DNA from: Paragordius varius | Taxonomy: Eukaryota; Animalia; Nematomorpha | Assembly: GCA_964247055.1 (NCBI GenBank) | Contig: OZ176052.1 | Coordinates: forward strand, 7,254,001 to 7,318,000 | DNA: 64,000 nucleotides | Direction of reading: 5' to 3' | Shown here: in pieces, positions 49,021-62,544 of the stretch | How positions within the stretch are numbered: the stretch's first letter is position 1 | How the letters are laid out: every line of letters starts with the position of its first letter | Program-made: the position numbers and the translations under genes | Notes under the pieces: model-generated | Database searches by the model: none | Seen by the model: the letters and a program-made list of their open reading frames with translations, nothing else | What the model was told of the DNA's origin: nothing

Positions 49021-52000
49021 TTATAGGATACTACAAATTTTAGATGATTTTTTATTGATTGTTTGTGGATTTTTTTTGTTAGACTTGTCATGGTTGTTGG
49101 GATCATCGGTGTTAGTTTTAACATTATTTTTTGTGTCGTGTAACCGTTCATTAATACATGTACATTTTGAATTGCTTTGTGTTTCGTTTTTTTGATCATC
49201 TTTAATTAGTGGTGGAATTAATTCTTCCTGTTGTTGTTGTTGAGTGTTTGTCGCTAATTTTCCCAACTTGTGAATGGGACATTGAGTGTTATTATCTTTA
49301 TTATTCTTGTTTTCATTATTTGTGGTGGTTTTAGGTGAAGAATTTTGATTTGGTAGATTATGATGCGGTGGTAACAGATGAAGAGTAGAGCCTATGTTTT
49401 TGAAGGATGGTCTGTGATGGGAAAAGGCCTCTTTGAAAAAATTGCGATTTGATTTATGAACCCTATATAATGTAATAAAGAAGAAGACAACATTAATTAT
49501 TAACGGCAAGATTAATTATTTTTATACTATAAGGATTAATATCGTTAAAATATTATAATGTAAAAAAATGTACAAACTTATGATACATATAATCTATATA
49601 TTTATAAAAATGGAAAATGCTGTGTGATCTGTTTCCGGAAAACCGGTAAACCCATTAAAATCGAAATGTCAAAAAAATATAATCATTAATGAATGCTCCG
49701 ACAATAACTTCGCCCTTTTTTTGAATTAGGCCCCCAGTTCTGTGTAAAAAACGGGTTGAAAACACAAGTCCACAAAAATAATTTTTTGAATCTATTTTTC
49801 GCCAAAGGTATGAGACCGTAAAAATTTAATGAGGATTCCAGGTATTCCCTGTTAAAAAGCAAAAATTTTAGTCTTGCGTTTTTTTATATTGGCTGCTGGG
49901 TAAACAAATACCCGCTATGCCCCGTCATATCGAAATAGCGTGCCTTTGGGGCTAAATTTCAGAAAACTTATCAGGCCATATAAATAGGAAATATTACCAG
50001 TAACAAGGAAAAAATTTAAGTCCAGTCGTGCGGATATTCAAATTAGCCGTTAATTAGGCCCTTCACGCCCTGAAAAATGCGCCACCACAGTATGATTTTT
50101 TAGTTTTGAGGCAATTTTTCCAAAAACTATTGAGAGCATATGCAATCAAACATGATTTCAGGTATTCTTCGTAAAAAGACAAAAATATCAATCAAGCGCT
50201 GTTTTAATACCTGCCCCTGGGTAAGGAGTTACCCGCCAAAAACTGCACCACTATATAGAGATTGAGTTGTTTTGGAGCTTATGAGGCCATATGAGCTCAT
50301 TAAAAGCTTGAAATTACCCGTAACTAGGTAAAAATTAAGGTCATGTTTTTATAAGCCGTTAATTTGGGTTATTTATGCCCTAAAATATGCTATCAATAAG
50401 GATTATTTAGTGTTTAGGTATTTTTTCGAATAAGCCAGAGACGATGGTTTCAAAGATGATTCCTAATATTTGCCCTATAAAGGCAAAGAATTTAACTCAG
50501 CGCTTTTTCCATAAAGGTCTATGGCTAGGGGTCTACCGGTTAACTGAGACGCCATATATGGCGTGGTTTTGGAGCTAATTAAAAACTCAAAAAGCCATAC
50601 GAGTTCAATAAACACTTTAAATAATAGCCATAAAAAGGTAAAAATTATACCATATGGGTATTTTCCGTTAGCCGTCAATTTGGGGCCTTCACACCAGTAA
50701 ACAATATATTAGTATGAATGCATAGCTTTGAAAATTCTAAGAGATCCTACTATTAAATAATGTTTCGAAATAATCCACATATATGGATCAAATATTGAGC
50801 CCTTTTTTGAAATAGCCGTTTCGCAGGCTCCAACTTACACTGTCATGTTTACCACGGTAAAATAATTTAATGCAGAAGAATTTATTTAGCAATTTTAATT
50901 TAATAAAATCAACTGCCAAAATGATAATTTATGGGTACAAAACTATTCTAAAATGTAATCTTTGCCCCCCGAAGATTAATCAATGTATTTAATAAATTAA
51001 GAAATATTAACCTTTACTCTAACTCATCAGAAAAAAACATGGAAAACATAATGTTAAAAATATTTTAAAAGTGAATGAAATTTTACGTTTTAAATCGATT
51101 TAATCTAAAATTAATTTTAACAATTTGCTTCCAACGATATCTAACCTTGTATATCCATGAAAATTTTATATATTTTTATATTCTACTTTAGCCATACATT
51201 TTGATAATCAAATTTTAATGAAAATGTTTGGTTTATAGAATTAAGGTGTGCATAGCTTTTTCATCATATTTCACTGGAGCACATACTTTAATTTAATTTA
51301 TTTAATTAAAACTAAGTTTTAATGGAAATCACAATCAGATAAACCATTTAAAAAGTTAAGAATTATTCTTAATTTCTCTTTTTTGAAATTTTTCCAAGAT
51401 TGCTACATTATTATCAAACGATATTATGTTAAGATCGTAGAGTTAATAGTAAAAAGATTCATGAAAATTCATATCTACACATATATCAGAATCAAACATG
51501 ACTTATTTTATGCAAGGGGTATCTAACATGTGGCTCGAATTTAGAAATCCCTAATTTGGAAAAATATGCCAACAAATCTTAGCAAATTTGATATTTCTTA
51601 AACCTTTTTTCTAAATAGGTCTATCCAATTTGACACGAACTAGACAAATTGCTATATTGAGTTTGCCTTTTACAATTTGTAATAAGTTAATTACGAATGC
51701 ACATATATTTATTTAGGGCGGGGGAAGCCATTTGTTTTGGACACCATTGATATAGAAGTCATATCCGAAAATAATTATTATTGTTACGCCGATATAATTT
51801 GGCATGTGCTTTACTTATTTTGCATCCATAATTACAAGCTATTCTTCTTCTAGAAAGATTAATTATAATTATTTGATTTTTTACTGTAAATTTAGTATCA
51901 ATTCGGTCTCTAATAATATTGTCTGCTTTAGCACAAAAAACCCGTTCTAATTTTTTTCCTAATATTACGTTAATTAATAAGAGATAATAAGATTTTTTTA

Positions 52001-55000
52001 ATCACGAGAAAATTTATCTATTCCTCAACTACCAATGCCAACAATTATGAGTAATGCTGCATTTAAAACTTTTATCGGAAATTTATAGAAATAAATGATT
52101 TTTATACATAAAACATATGGATGTCGTAATAATTTATAATTTTGGCCAAAACCTATGTTGTCGTTACCGATTAAAAACTATGCGATAGCTCTCTTTTTAG
52201 TTTAAACCATAACCATTCATGCACCTAACATATTAAAATGCTCCTCAGGTTAAACACTTTATATTCAAATAAATTTTAATACTTGTGCAATAAGATCCGG
52301 TATGTGCCAATTATACTATTTCTAGTATTGCGAGTTAAGGCTTCTTTTAAGTGTTGTTCCGTTATGCCCAGCGCCAATAATTCCTTTTTTACTTCTTCAA
52401 ACTCCGAATCTACTCTTTTTTGTTTTTGATTATTGCGGGCATCATTTGAAGTGGCTTGTGGGGATGGCGGTTTGAGCATATTGGATTTCCTAGGGTTAGG
52501 AGTTTGTGAAAGGTCGTTTTGCGACACGTCTGCATCACTCGGTTTTTCTATCGGTGGCAAAATTCTTATGGGAGAATGGGGTTTGGGAAAGCTTTGATTT
52601 TTTAACCACAAACATTGTTTAATTTGAGCAATAGTCCACCTCCTGCTTGGTGGATCAGTCCAAAGAATTCCCATTACAAGATTTTTGCATTCAGGTGACA
52701 TGCAAATATTCGTGTTACGAAATTGGCTAGAAAAAAAATTGACATATTTTTCGTCTGCTGGCATTTTGACAATTTTTCCGTTGGAAACAAAAGTTGGATT
52801 CCATTTTTTGAGAGCGTTTTGCGTGGTGGCTGCATTGTATGGTTCCATCCCTGTACCAGTAATACCTTCCTTTATCTGTTGAAAAAAATCGGATATCTTT
52901 TTGCGAGGGGATGCTTGGCCGCCATCTTCCTCACCATCCTTTTCTTTGTCACCTTTGGCTATTGCGTCTTCTTTGGAATTATTATTATTGTGATTAAATT
53001 TGATTCCTGATAAAGCTCTAAGTTCCGGATTTTCTTCTTGAACGAATTGAGGATGCCCGTATGGGCTTGGTGGTAACTCATATATTCCTTGGGTTATAAT
53101 TTTTTTGAGACGACCCAAAGAATCTGCCGTAAATGGCGTTTTTCCGGTGATCATATAGTAAAGGAGTATACCAAGTGCCCATATATCCACGTAATTCCCT
53201 ATATATCCTTCATCTTTAAACAACTCTGGGGCAGCGTATAGCGGACTACCACAATAGGTTGTTAATAATTGTTTTGGTTGACATGTCGTTGAAAAACCAA
53301 AGTCACCCAATTTTACGTTATCGGAGGAGAAGAAAAATATGTTTTCAGCCTTGATGTCCCGATGTATGATACATTTGTCATGCTAAAAAATATTATTTAA
53401 TATGGTTTAAAAATATATTTAGATAACCTATTGGGCACTTGATATACTTATATATTAATAGAGATTCTGAGAAAATTCATGATATTAGATCATACTATTC
53501 CAATGTGGTACCATTGAATATAATAATAATTTAATTAAAACCACAACCTTCCCATAGGTACAACTAATACTACCAACCTTTTTAAAACCCCTATAAAATT
53601 GACTATGATTCGATATTAAAGTTTTTTAAAGTTACACGTCACTTAAGAAAAGGATAACATGTGATACTTTAAAATAAATGATTTTAAGAAAAAACGAGGG
53701 GCCGGTCACATGATTAAAAGGTAACGAATAGGTCCGGTTCCAATCTATCAAAAATGGTAGTTATTTTTTGGGTAAAATAATTATATTTTGGTTCATATTA
53801 TAACCTTAAAATTTAAAAAAACTTACTCTATGCTATTTTTTTTAAAAAACTAATATTTTATAAATTTGAATACCAAAATAGAAAACAAAATGAAAATATA
53901 CAAATATGATCAACATAAGTATTGTATAAAGATAAATTTTTTGGTACTGTTTTTTGGAAACTATAAATTAATTATAAATTGGTATAAAAAGTTTCCAACA
54001 AAATACATACGCAATGCTCAACCGCCGATAAAATTTGACAGAAAAGTTTTTTAGCCAGATGTTCGTCAAGGGGACCCTCTTTGTTAATTTTGGTGTATAG
54101 CTCGCCCCCCGAAGCATATTCCATAATTATATTGATTTTGGTTGCACTGTCTATGACTTCGTAAATGCGAATTATATGAGGATGATGCAGTAATTCCATG
54201 ATAAAAACTTCACGAGACAGCAGCTTTCTGGTTTTTTGATCGAGCTTGGTTTTGTCCAAAATTTTTATCGCGACTTTTTCTGTTAAATTTTATAATATAT
54301 TTGTTATTTCTAATGTTAAAATTGATTATAAATGTTATGTATATTTGCTGCATAATTAACTATGCATTTCACACCTCACACCAAGTTTGATTTTTTTGCG
54401 CTTAAAATTTTCATCACATCCATATTTTTGATTAAAAAATAGCTCTTTGGCCATTTAGAATTAAGACAAAATGGTTGCCAAAATTCTTTATTCCTTTTCT
54501 ACCAAAAACAAAAGACCGCCGATTTAATTAAAATTTTGTTGGATAATTCATCTTATCATTGCAAAAATTTGAACGTTAACATTCACAATTGATTATCAAA
54601 AAAGGGGAAAAAACTAATTTCGAATCCCAAATTATAAATCAGGGCTTGGAACCGGTTCAAAAATAGTGGAATTGGCACCGGGTCTGTTCCTGAACAAGTG
54701 GAACCGGAACCGCGTTGTTTCTTAAGAATTTAATATTAGAACCGGGCGATTCCTGAAACATTGGAACCGGAACCGGGGTGGTTCCTAAACAAATGGAACC
54801 GGAACCGCGTTTGTTCCTTAAAATAGCGGTTCCGCAACCGGTTCTAAATGTTAAAAACCGGTTCCATTTTCAGTTCCTCTCTTTTAATTTAATGATTTAC
54901 AACATTATTATTATAATAATATAACCATATGAATTGCCAAATGTAAAGTGAAAGAAATAGAGTGTAGCATAATAAATGAAACAAATCATAAAAATATAAT

Positions 55001-58000
55001 AGGAAATTGTATAAGTAAAAAGGTATAAAATGAGAGTTGAATTAAGTATGGTATCTAAAAAAACTTTATTTAACTAAAAAAATATTGCACCAAGCAATTC
55101 GCTGGTCAAACTGACGCACAAGTCTGAAAATAGAAAATTAAGGGTAAAAAATTTCTTTCAATGGAGACCTATATATACGAACATATGTATTATAAATAAA
55201 CTTAAGTTATGGCTTAGTTTTTTTAGAAGAGCCGAATCGTCCGAAATTCAGAGAGTATCACTAATATTAACCGCTTAGTTTTAGGTTTGAAGTATGTTGT
55301 AATGTGTAGTGGTACAATCAATTGAAATATAAAATAAATTTTTTTAATAAAAATCATATGGGAACCATTAATTAAGGGGGTGGAACCGGAACCGGTTTGG
55401 TTCCTGAACGGTTGAAACCGGAACCGAGTTGATTCCTAAAAATTTATAGAGAGAACCCAGGTGGTTCCAGAACCTTTGGAATTGGTACCGGGGTGGTTCC
55501 AGGAGAAGGGAAACCGGGATTGCGTCGGTTCCATCCTAATGGAACCGGTTCTTAATAAAATCCCAGGAACCGCGTTCCGGTTTCATGCGGTTCCGGTTCC
55601 AAGCCCTGTTGTGAATTGTTTTAAATTTCACATTTGGGATATGTAAATTTCTTGTGTTTTTATTTTTAAATATGCTATAAAATATATATTTATTTAAAGA
55701 TACATGTTATCCAGAAGATTGCATAAAAACTATTATGGTTTGTTAAACCCAAAGAATAAAATTTTTGATAGATTGCTTACGCTCTTGGTAACATATTTAT
55801 GCTCTAAATTTGGATGTTATAATAGATATTGGAACCATTTGTTTTTGAAAGTTTCAGGAACGTTTTTAGAACGAAACCTCCATAGATTAAAAAATATGGT
55901 TTTAAACATTGTCTTTTTTAATGATTCTTTTAAGGTTTAAAAAATTAGTGCAATAAAATATATTGAATGTTTTTATTTTATTTGACTTAGCAAGCATTAA
56001 AATTATTTCCGCTATTTGTAAATCCAAATTATATATTTAAGAAATTATTAATCAAACAACACGGGCACCATTTGTTGCGAAAAAATCTTTGGAATCGTAA
56101 TCAAAAATAGTTTATTTATTTTTAATCCCCCTTGTTTAATGCGTCTCAAAAAATTACCACCTTTAATTGGCCCTTTTAAGGAACCAACTATGGGGTAGTT
56201 TAAGTTAGCCATATTACAAGCAGCAAATTTCTTATAATTAGTTTTTTTAAACAAACACAAACTGTATAGCTCATTCTAATCATCATGCACTTTTCCAATT
56301 TCTATATAAAGTCCTAACTATTAAGGTATCATTGTTAAAAGTTAAGCGCACACCTTCGCCCCTTACTTAAAAATTTGGTTGTTTTAACCCTCATAATGAT
56401 CCAAAATTATAAAAAACTTAAATCAAAGTTTTTTATATATTATAAGTTATTAGCCTTTGTATTCATAAGTTAGCGGTTTAAAAGAGAATTCAGCGAAAAG
56501 TACGTAAGTGAGTAATTTGATAGACTCCATTTTGTTCATCTGACGTTACAACAAGCACACACAAGTTGAGTTCGCCAAAAACTAGCGTCTTATTTTAATT
56601 ATTCAATATCATGTGATATTTTATGCCTGAAAAAGAACGTTTGCGGCTTGCTTTGGCATCGGAAGATATGCTGTTAAACACAAATTTGTGACAACACGTT
56701 TCGTCCTTATTATGGACTCATCAGTCACACAGAATCAACACGGGTAAACGCTGACAGTTAAGAAATTGTATATTTGAGCTTTATGCAATTTTACACCAAA
56801 CAGAGTTCAAGTGAATATTACAGAGCTTAAAATCCATAATGAACAACCGGTTGTAAATCTGACCAGGTACCCTATAATCATTATCTGTACTCTTATTGAT
56901 TTTTGATGTTAAATATAATGGGACTCTATATTTTTACAAATAATAGTTTTTTTCAATTAAAAAATCATGTATATATATTAATTAATGGCTGTATAATAGA
57001 AAATCACCATAACAAAGTAATGGAGTGTCAGTATTTATTATTTCATAAACAGATATTTATATATTTATGAAAAAAACAATAAAGGGAAACCATAATTGAA
57101 AGAAGTGGCTCAATCGTTATCAATTTATTAATGAATATAATTAAAAAATCATTATTACATTTCAATCCTAAATCTTGCTTCAAAGCTTAGTTTAAATGAG
57201 TAGGGCCCCACCCAAGGATAAAACTTAATAAGATAGGCTAAATTTTGAATCCATAAAGTAGGACGTTTACTCAAAATCTTATTTTTTTTATATTGTGGCA
57301 TATTATTCAGAGTGGAACCCTACTCGTCAATAATGAAAAGTGCTTGAAAATTTTCGTCTTTATACGGGAAATACTTAAAACCTATTTAAATCCATATGGT
57401 CTTAAAGATATTAAAATTAACTACAAAGCTGCATAATATATATGGCAGTGTATTTTACAAAGAATGGATTCATCAACCGGCTTAAAAATATCTTAATAGC
57501 TAAGAATTTTAATAGATTCCTATGTTTTCTTGGATATTTCGAAAATTATTAAAGCGTTATAACTGGTGGCATATTTTAAGGTTAATTAAAAAAGCACTAC
57601 AGGAAATAATACAAACCACTTAAATTTATATGGTGTCAAAGATCTTCAAAAAATTAGCTTCAAAGCCCCGTTTTTTTATATGGCACCGTTTAGGGAGGGT
57701 GGAGCCTTACCGAGGGACTAATAGAAAAGGCTATTTAAAAATATGCCTTTATTTTATATTGCAAATAGCTAAACCCTATATTGAATCCATATGGTCTCTT
57801 GCATTTTCCAACAATTTGGTACTAAATTAAGTAATATGCTTACGGCGGCGTTTATAGAGATAGGGGCTCTACCAAATCATTAATTTTAAATAATGCTGGA
57901 TTAAAGTTAATGTCATATACGGTAAACGCCCAAAACCCTAATTGATAAATGGTATCAAAATTTGGGATTAAAATTGCTTTAAGTCACGTTATTTTTATAT

Positions 58001-60454
58001 GGTGACATATTTTACAGATGATAGAGCCCTGGCTTAATTGGAAAAGCGCTGAACAAAATTTTTAATTCATACTGGAAACATAACCCATATATATAATCCA
58101 TATTGACTCGGGGGTTTTCCGAAATTTCTTCATAGCCAGGTTATTATTATATAGTGGCGCATTTATAAAATGAGCCCTGCCCAGCGGTTAATTAATAAAT
58201 GTGTCTGCTTAAATTATACTGAAAATAGCTAAAACAACCATTGATTCGTTTTTAGTCTCACTTAACTTGGGCGAAATATTGTTTCAAAAATTTATTTTTG
58301 GGAAGTTAGTTTAAGCAAAAAATGTCAAATTACAAGGGGCTGGCTTAATATAGAGGCTAATTTAAAGGCAGGCCGACTGTGTTCGGCTCATTTTTAAAAT
58401 AAAAATTTTTAAAATTAGATTTGAATGGGCACCTATTTCTGGAAAATAGTATCAAAACGATTTTTGGGAACAAGTATGTTTTAAAACCCCTTTATTTCAT
58501 GGGTGGGTATCTGAGGGGCTAATTGGAAACTCGACTATTTTCAGCTATATATATATTTTTCAAAAAGGGTCAAGATCGGCTAATGACCCAATTTATTCTC
58601 CAATCGGGGGTATTTGGTGGGTTAACTGTATTCTAACCCTATCTCATTCTTACAAGGTTTTCGAAAAAAAGAAAAGTCAACATTGAACAATTTTTGAAAT
58701 AATTTTCATGAAAAAACATATGCAAAAATATCTACCCCCTTAATATGTTAATATAATTCGTTTGCTAAAATAATTAATGGGTTAGTGTCTTAGTCCATTA
58801 AAGCCATTAAAAACGTTCCGGTACCCTACTTTATAATAATAAGTAAAAGACTTTTATATAAAAATACCGAAAATCTGTGTGCAAAATTAAATTATTTATG
58901 GTAATAAAATTTTTTTATAAATATACCATTGGTTAGACTATGAATGGCTAATCTGACTTGCGAAAAGTTTCCAGTTCCAATATCACCCTTAATTTTATAG
59001 AATCCGATGCGTTGACCCAGCAATAATTCTCGAATAATAGTAGGATCGGTTTTAAGATCCTCTTTTGCTTTTTCCAAAACTGTTTTTTTGCGTGTTCTTT
59101 TAGTTGCGGCGTTAAAACGTTCCTTGTTAGCTAACTCTTGATTGTGCAAATAATTTTGAGCAGAATCCATGGATCTCCATGAAGCATTTTCGATATTTTT
59201 GCCATCAGCACTTACTTTATTTTTAAATGGTCTGACATGGTTATTCATTGGCAATTTACGATTATTCTCGGTATTACCATTATATGCTTTATTCTTTCTA
59301 TTTCCACCAACAATATCATTTACCTTTGTTGTTTTTGGTTGTCCAGTATCATTTATGGTGGTACCATTTTCTTTATTCGTTTTTAACTGTCGTTTATTTC
59401 TTTTAGCGGCTAAAATTGAAATTTTTTTACGCCTATAATATTCTTTATTGTAAAGTGCTAGCCCTGGAAACAATCTATGAATTTGTGAATCAAATCGATC
59501 CAAATTATCTAAATATCTATTGCTAACATTGGTAGATGGATTTGGTTGGATGTTATATAAGTCTAGATTATTATTTTTATTATTATTGTTATTAAAGGCA
59601 ACTGTGCTTGATTCATATTGACTTGCGGTTAGTTCATCATCGTCATTTGAGGAATAATGTGATGAAGATCCCTTTAACTCAGTATGATTTTTGCTTTCAT
59701 GCCTATCTTTCAATGATGTGCGGGGATGACCTTCAACTTCACACAAATATTGCCTACTTTTTTGTAGGATTGATTTACCACGTAATGTTGATACAGGTAA
59801 TGTTAAATGATTTGTTTTAGTGAGAGGTGATAACTGATTATCATTTATATCATCCCTTATTTTTGCTGATGAAGTTGTTTTTAAGGCGTCAATAGATTCA
59901 TCGTGGGAATGACTAATCTCTATATGAATTGCTTCTTGATTTTGGGAAGTACCGTCTGAAGGCGGTATCTCAAAAGAACGACTCCTTTTTTCTTTAGTAT
60001 CAGTTTTTTTATTAATTAATGCCGTCGCCGGGCTCAAAAAATTTACATTGTGATAAATATTATTTTTTCGTAAGGGCTGATTAACATTTTGTGATGCGTT
60101 GTGATTGATATACTTGTTGCTTTCCTCACCAAAATCATATGTAATATTATTATAATCATCGATTGCTCCTTTATTTCGGGGAAAGGCATACGGAATCGTA
60201 TTACCATTATTTAAAGAGGATTCAGTACTGCAGTACGAACTTGCACCCAACATATATATGCTGTGATTCGGTAATATATTATATCTGATGCTTACTACTG
60301 AAAATGACTTAATACGTATAGTAATTGATCTAAAACTATCTTTAATTGGCCATGTTTGCGCAGGGTTGATATATTCGCAATCATGAAAAGGAGAGTTTGA
60401 TGTTAAAATTATATGTGCTTTAATATATACAGGATTATCAGGTTTTGTGAGCAT
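49021..60454 (-). CDS. NIM1K: NIM1-like AMPK-related serine/threonine kinase with C-terminal CaaX (CSIL), 4 coding exons, ~1112 aa
   Basis: Exons (minus) 60454-58927, 54279-54011, 53382-52283, 49462-49021; total 3339 nt. RELLLGQRIGFYKIKGDIGTGNFSQVRL, EKVAIKILDKTKLDQKTRKLLSRE, HRDIKAEN, DFGFST, LTTYCGSPLYAAPELF, UBA-like IIGTYRILLHK; ends KICSIL-TAA. First in-frame ATG at 60454, with an in-frame stop upstream. Confidence 0.92.
49850..50710. repeat. Degenerate tandem repeat, ~310-320 bp unit, about 3 copies, NIM1K last intron
   Basis: GCCGT(T/C)AATT at 50045, 50354, 50671; AGG(T/A)AAAAATT at ~50005, 50326, 50636. Confidence 0.65.
54640..55608. mobile_element. hAT-derived MITE (CAGGGCTTGGAACCG TIR family) in NIM1K intron 1
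   Basis: TIR CAGGGCTTGGAACCGG / CCGGTTCCAAGCCCTG; flanks TTATAAAT and TTGTGAAT (6/8 match, decayed 8-bp TSD); many GGAACCGG(AACC) subterminal repeats. Confidence 0.87.
56450..56875 (+). mobile_element. Internally deleted mariner derivative in NIM1K intron 1
   Basis: AGACTCCATTTTGTTCATCTGAC and ATGCCTGAAAAAGAACGTTTGCGG match the 5' region of 62545-63688 in reverse orientation; degenerate TIR-like ends. Confidence 0.6.
57190..58250. repeat. Degenerate repeat array, reverse-complement relative of 49850-50710, NIM1K intron 1
   Basis: rc of 57655-57690 (GGTGCCATATAAAAAACGGGGCTTTGAAGCTAATT) resembles GACGCCATATATGGCGTGGTTTTGGAGCTAATT near 50550; rc of ~58150 (AAAATGCGCCACTATAT) resembles ~50075 and ~50240. 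Confidence 0.5.
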
Positions 60455-61089
60455 GCACACAATGCCAAATATGGAATTCAATTGTGAGTCATTGCAAAGT
60501 AGATATTATGCCGATCAGAAGCTGTTAATTTAATAAATAAATTATATAATTTTATACTCATTAAACTATTCTAGCCTTAATCTGCCAAAACTTTTTGGCT
60601 CTTTTAGAAAATTGTATCAAAACTCTGATGAACCGAGTATAACTTTTTATTTAAAGTTTGTTAATTTTTTTAAGCTTTCAATATTATTCCAAATTCCTTA
60701 AATATAATATTATTTGTCATAACAATAATATAAGCCAAAATTTCGGCAAAAAATATAGTTAAAATTATAATTTTAACTATATTAACAAAACTATGTATGA
60801 TTCAATAATAATGGAAAAAATTAAAAAAAAATAATTCGTTCGTCCAATTTTAGAGCAAAAAAAACATTTTTGAAGGCCATTCCATTATTTAAATACCTTT
60901 GGTCATTCACTTATTCTTGCTTTTTGCAATGTTTTACGTTTCCTATTTTATGTTGTTTTTATGATTGCTTTTTTTTAATTTATATTTGAAATATAATAAA
61001 CTTGTATATATCGGATATTACATTAATATTAAATGTTATTATTATTGTAAATATATTGGATTGATCAAAATGAATGGACGACAGCTTAC

Positions 61090-61170
61090 CTGTTAATATA
61101 GGATAGAAAATTTTAGTACACAATTTCTTCTCCGAGTATATGTGATGCACCATAGAATCATTTTATAAAA
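61090..61170 (-). other. Candidate 5'-UTR exon of NIM1K
   Basis: Strong donor CAG|GTAAGC at 61089 and acceptor TTAACAG| at 60522; all three frames close before the ATG at 60454, so the exon would be non-coding for the kinase. Upstream boundary unknown. Confidence 0.35.
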
Positions 61171-62544
61171 CCCGTCCGTATTTTATAAAAATCCGTATGT
61201 AGGGTAAATTTGTTTATGAATACAAATGCAATTGTTGAGATTTCGAAACATTTTTTTCATAGAGACACCTTCATATGCATGTAAAGGGATAAATGTTAAA
61301 AATTAATAAAGAATTTGGCATGTTTAAGCTACACAGATAACGACGCAAACCTTAGTGTGTGCGTTTTCACCTCCCAAAATATTTATTAATATGCTAAAAA
61401 TTGGCAAAGTGTTACCCAAAAAATTGGATTTTTTGCAGGTTTATAGATAAAAGCCACGATAAAGAGACATATATATATATATATATATACAAACTTTTAA
61501 GTCGCTTTACCTGTACGTAATATTGTATCCTGCTATTCCAGGTAGCACAACATATTATATATAGATAAAGGTGTGTTGTTATAATATATACACATATATT
61601 CAAAAAATCAATAAAATTCAGGTCTATGCTTTGCTCACATAAAAAGATTAAATAGCATTTAAACATTCACAATCACATACTATTTTACATTATATTAATT
61701 ATTATTACGACCAAATATATAATACATTTAATGTAAAAATATTTTAAATTATGTTCAATATTTTGCTATATTAAGCATAAAATTTATAAATAATTAAGTT
61801 TCGTTTGTGGGTTAGTCTCAAAAGTATCGTATTTTATTGAACATGCCGGTGTCGGTGCATGATAGTTCATATATCGTAGCAACAGAAATTGGTATATTAA
61901 TTTAACCATTATCATAAAACAATCATTTAATATAATTTAATTAATTTTTCTTACATGATAAATATGTTTTTGGTTTCAAATAATTTTTTTTTACAGAGGA
62001 TTGTAATAACCCCAATTACGGAAAAAACGGATGGCTTAACATCACCCTAATAAATATTTTGCCCATTGGTTCAAAATAAATATCAATTTTATTCGATAAT
62101 AAATATATTAGTTAATATTTAGGGATATTTTTTAAAATAAATATAATTCCTGGTCATTGGCTCATCACAAGGGTTTAAAAATTCGTAAACCTCAATAGTT
62201 TGTAGGATAGACCGCACTTTTAACATCTATAACTTAAAAAAGGAGATTTTTTGAAAATAGAAAAAAGGCTCATTTATTTTTAGGCGTTGTTTGTTTGAAA
62301 GGTCATTGTATAATAAGTTGACTATAATTCTTTATTTTGTAATTTTTCAGACATAATATTAACTGTTTGAAATTTTACAAAATATATAAAAAAGCGAATT
62401 TGACCCTAGTAAAAGATTAGGTTAACCACATATATCTTAATATTTAGATTTTATATGTAGTATTGGGTTGCGCAAATCGAGTAACTTCTGAAGAAGCCAT
62501 GTGCATTTTTAAAATTAATATATAATCAATGTGTCATTTCCATT

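Noticed and set aside
54650-55600. GGAACCGG repeat arrays as a CRISPR-like array
   Set aside because: No constant repeat with unique spacers; they are subterminal repeats inside TIR-bounded hAT elements in a eukaryotic intron.
31311-59820. Antisense and off-frame ORFs in the track (e.g. 31311-31514, 31707-31964, 34137-34343, 38849-39049, 42948-43334, 52685-52882, 52723-53010, 59169-59438, 59608-59820)
   Set aside because: They overlap well-supported exons on the other strand or frame and show no recognisable motifs.
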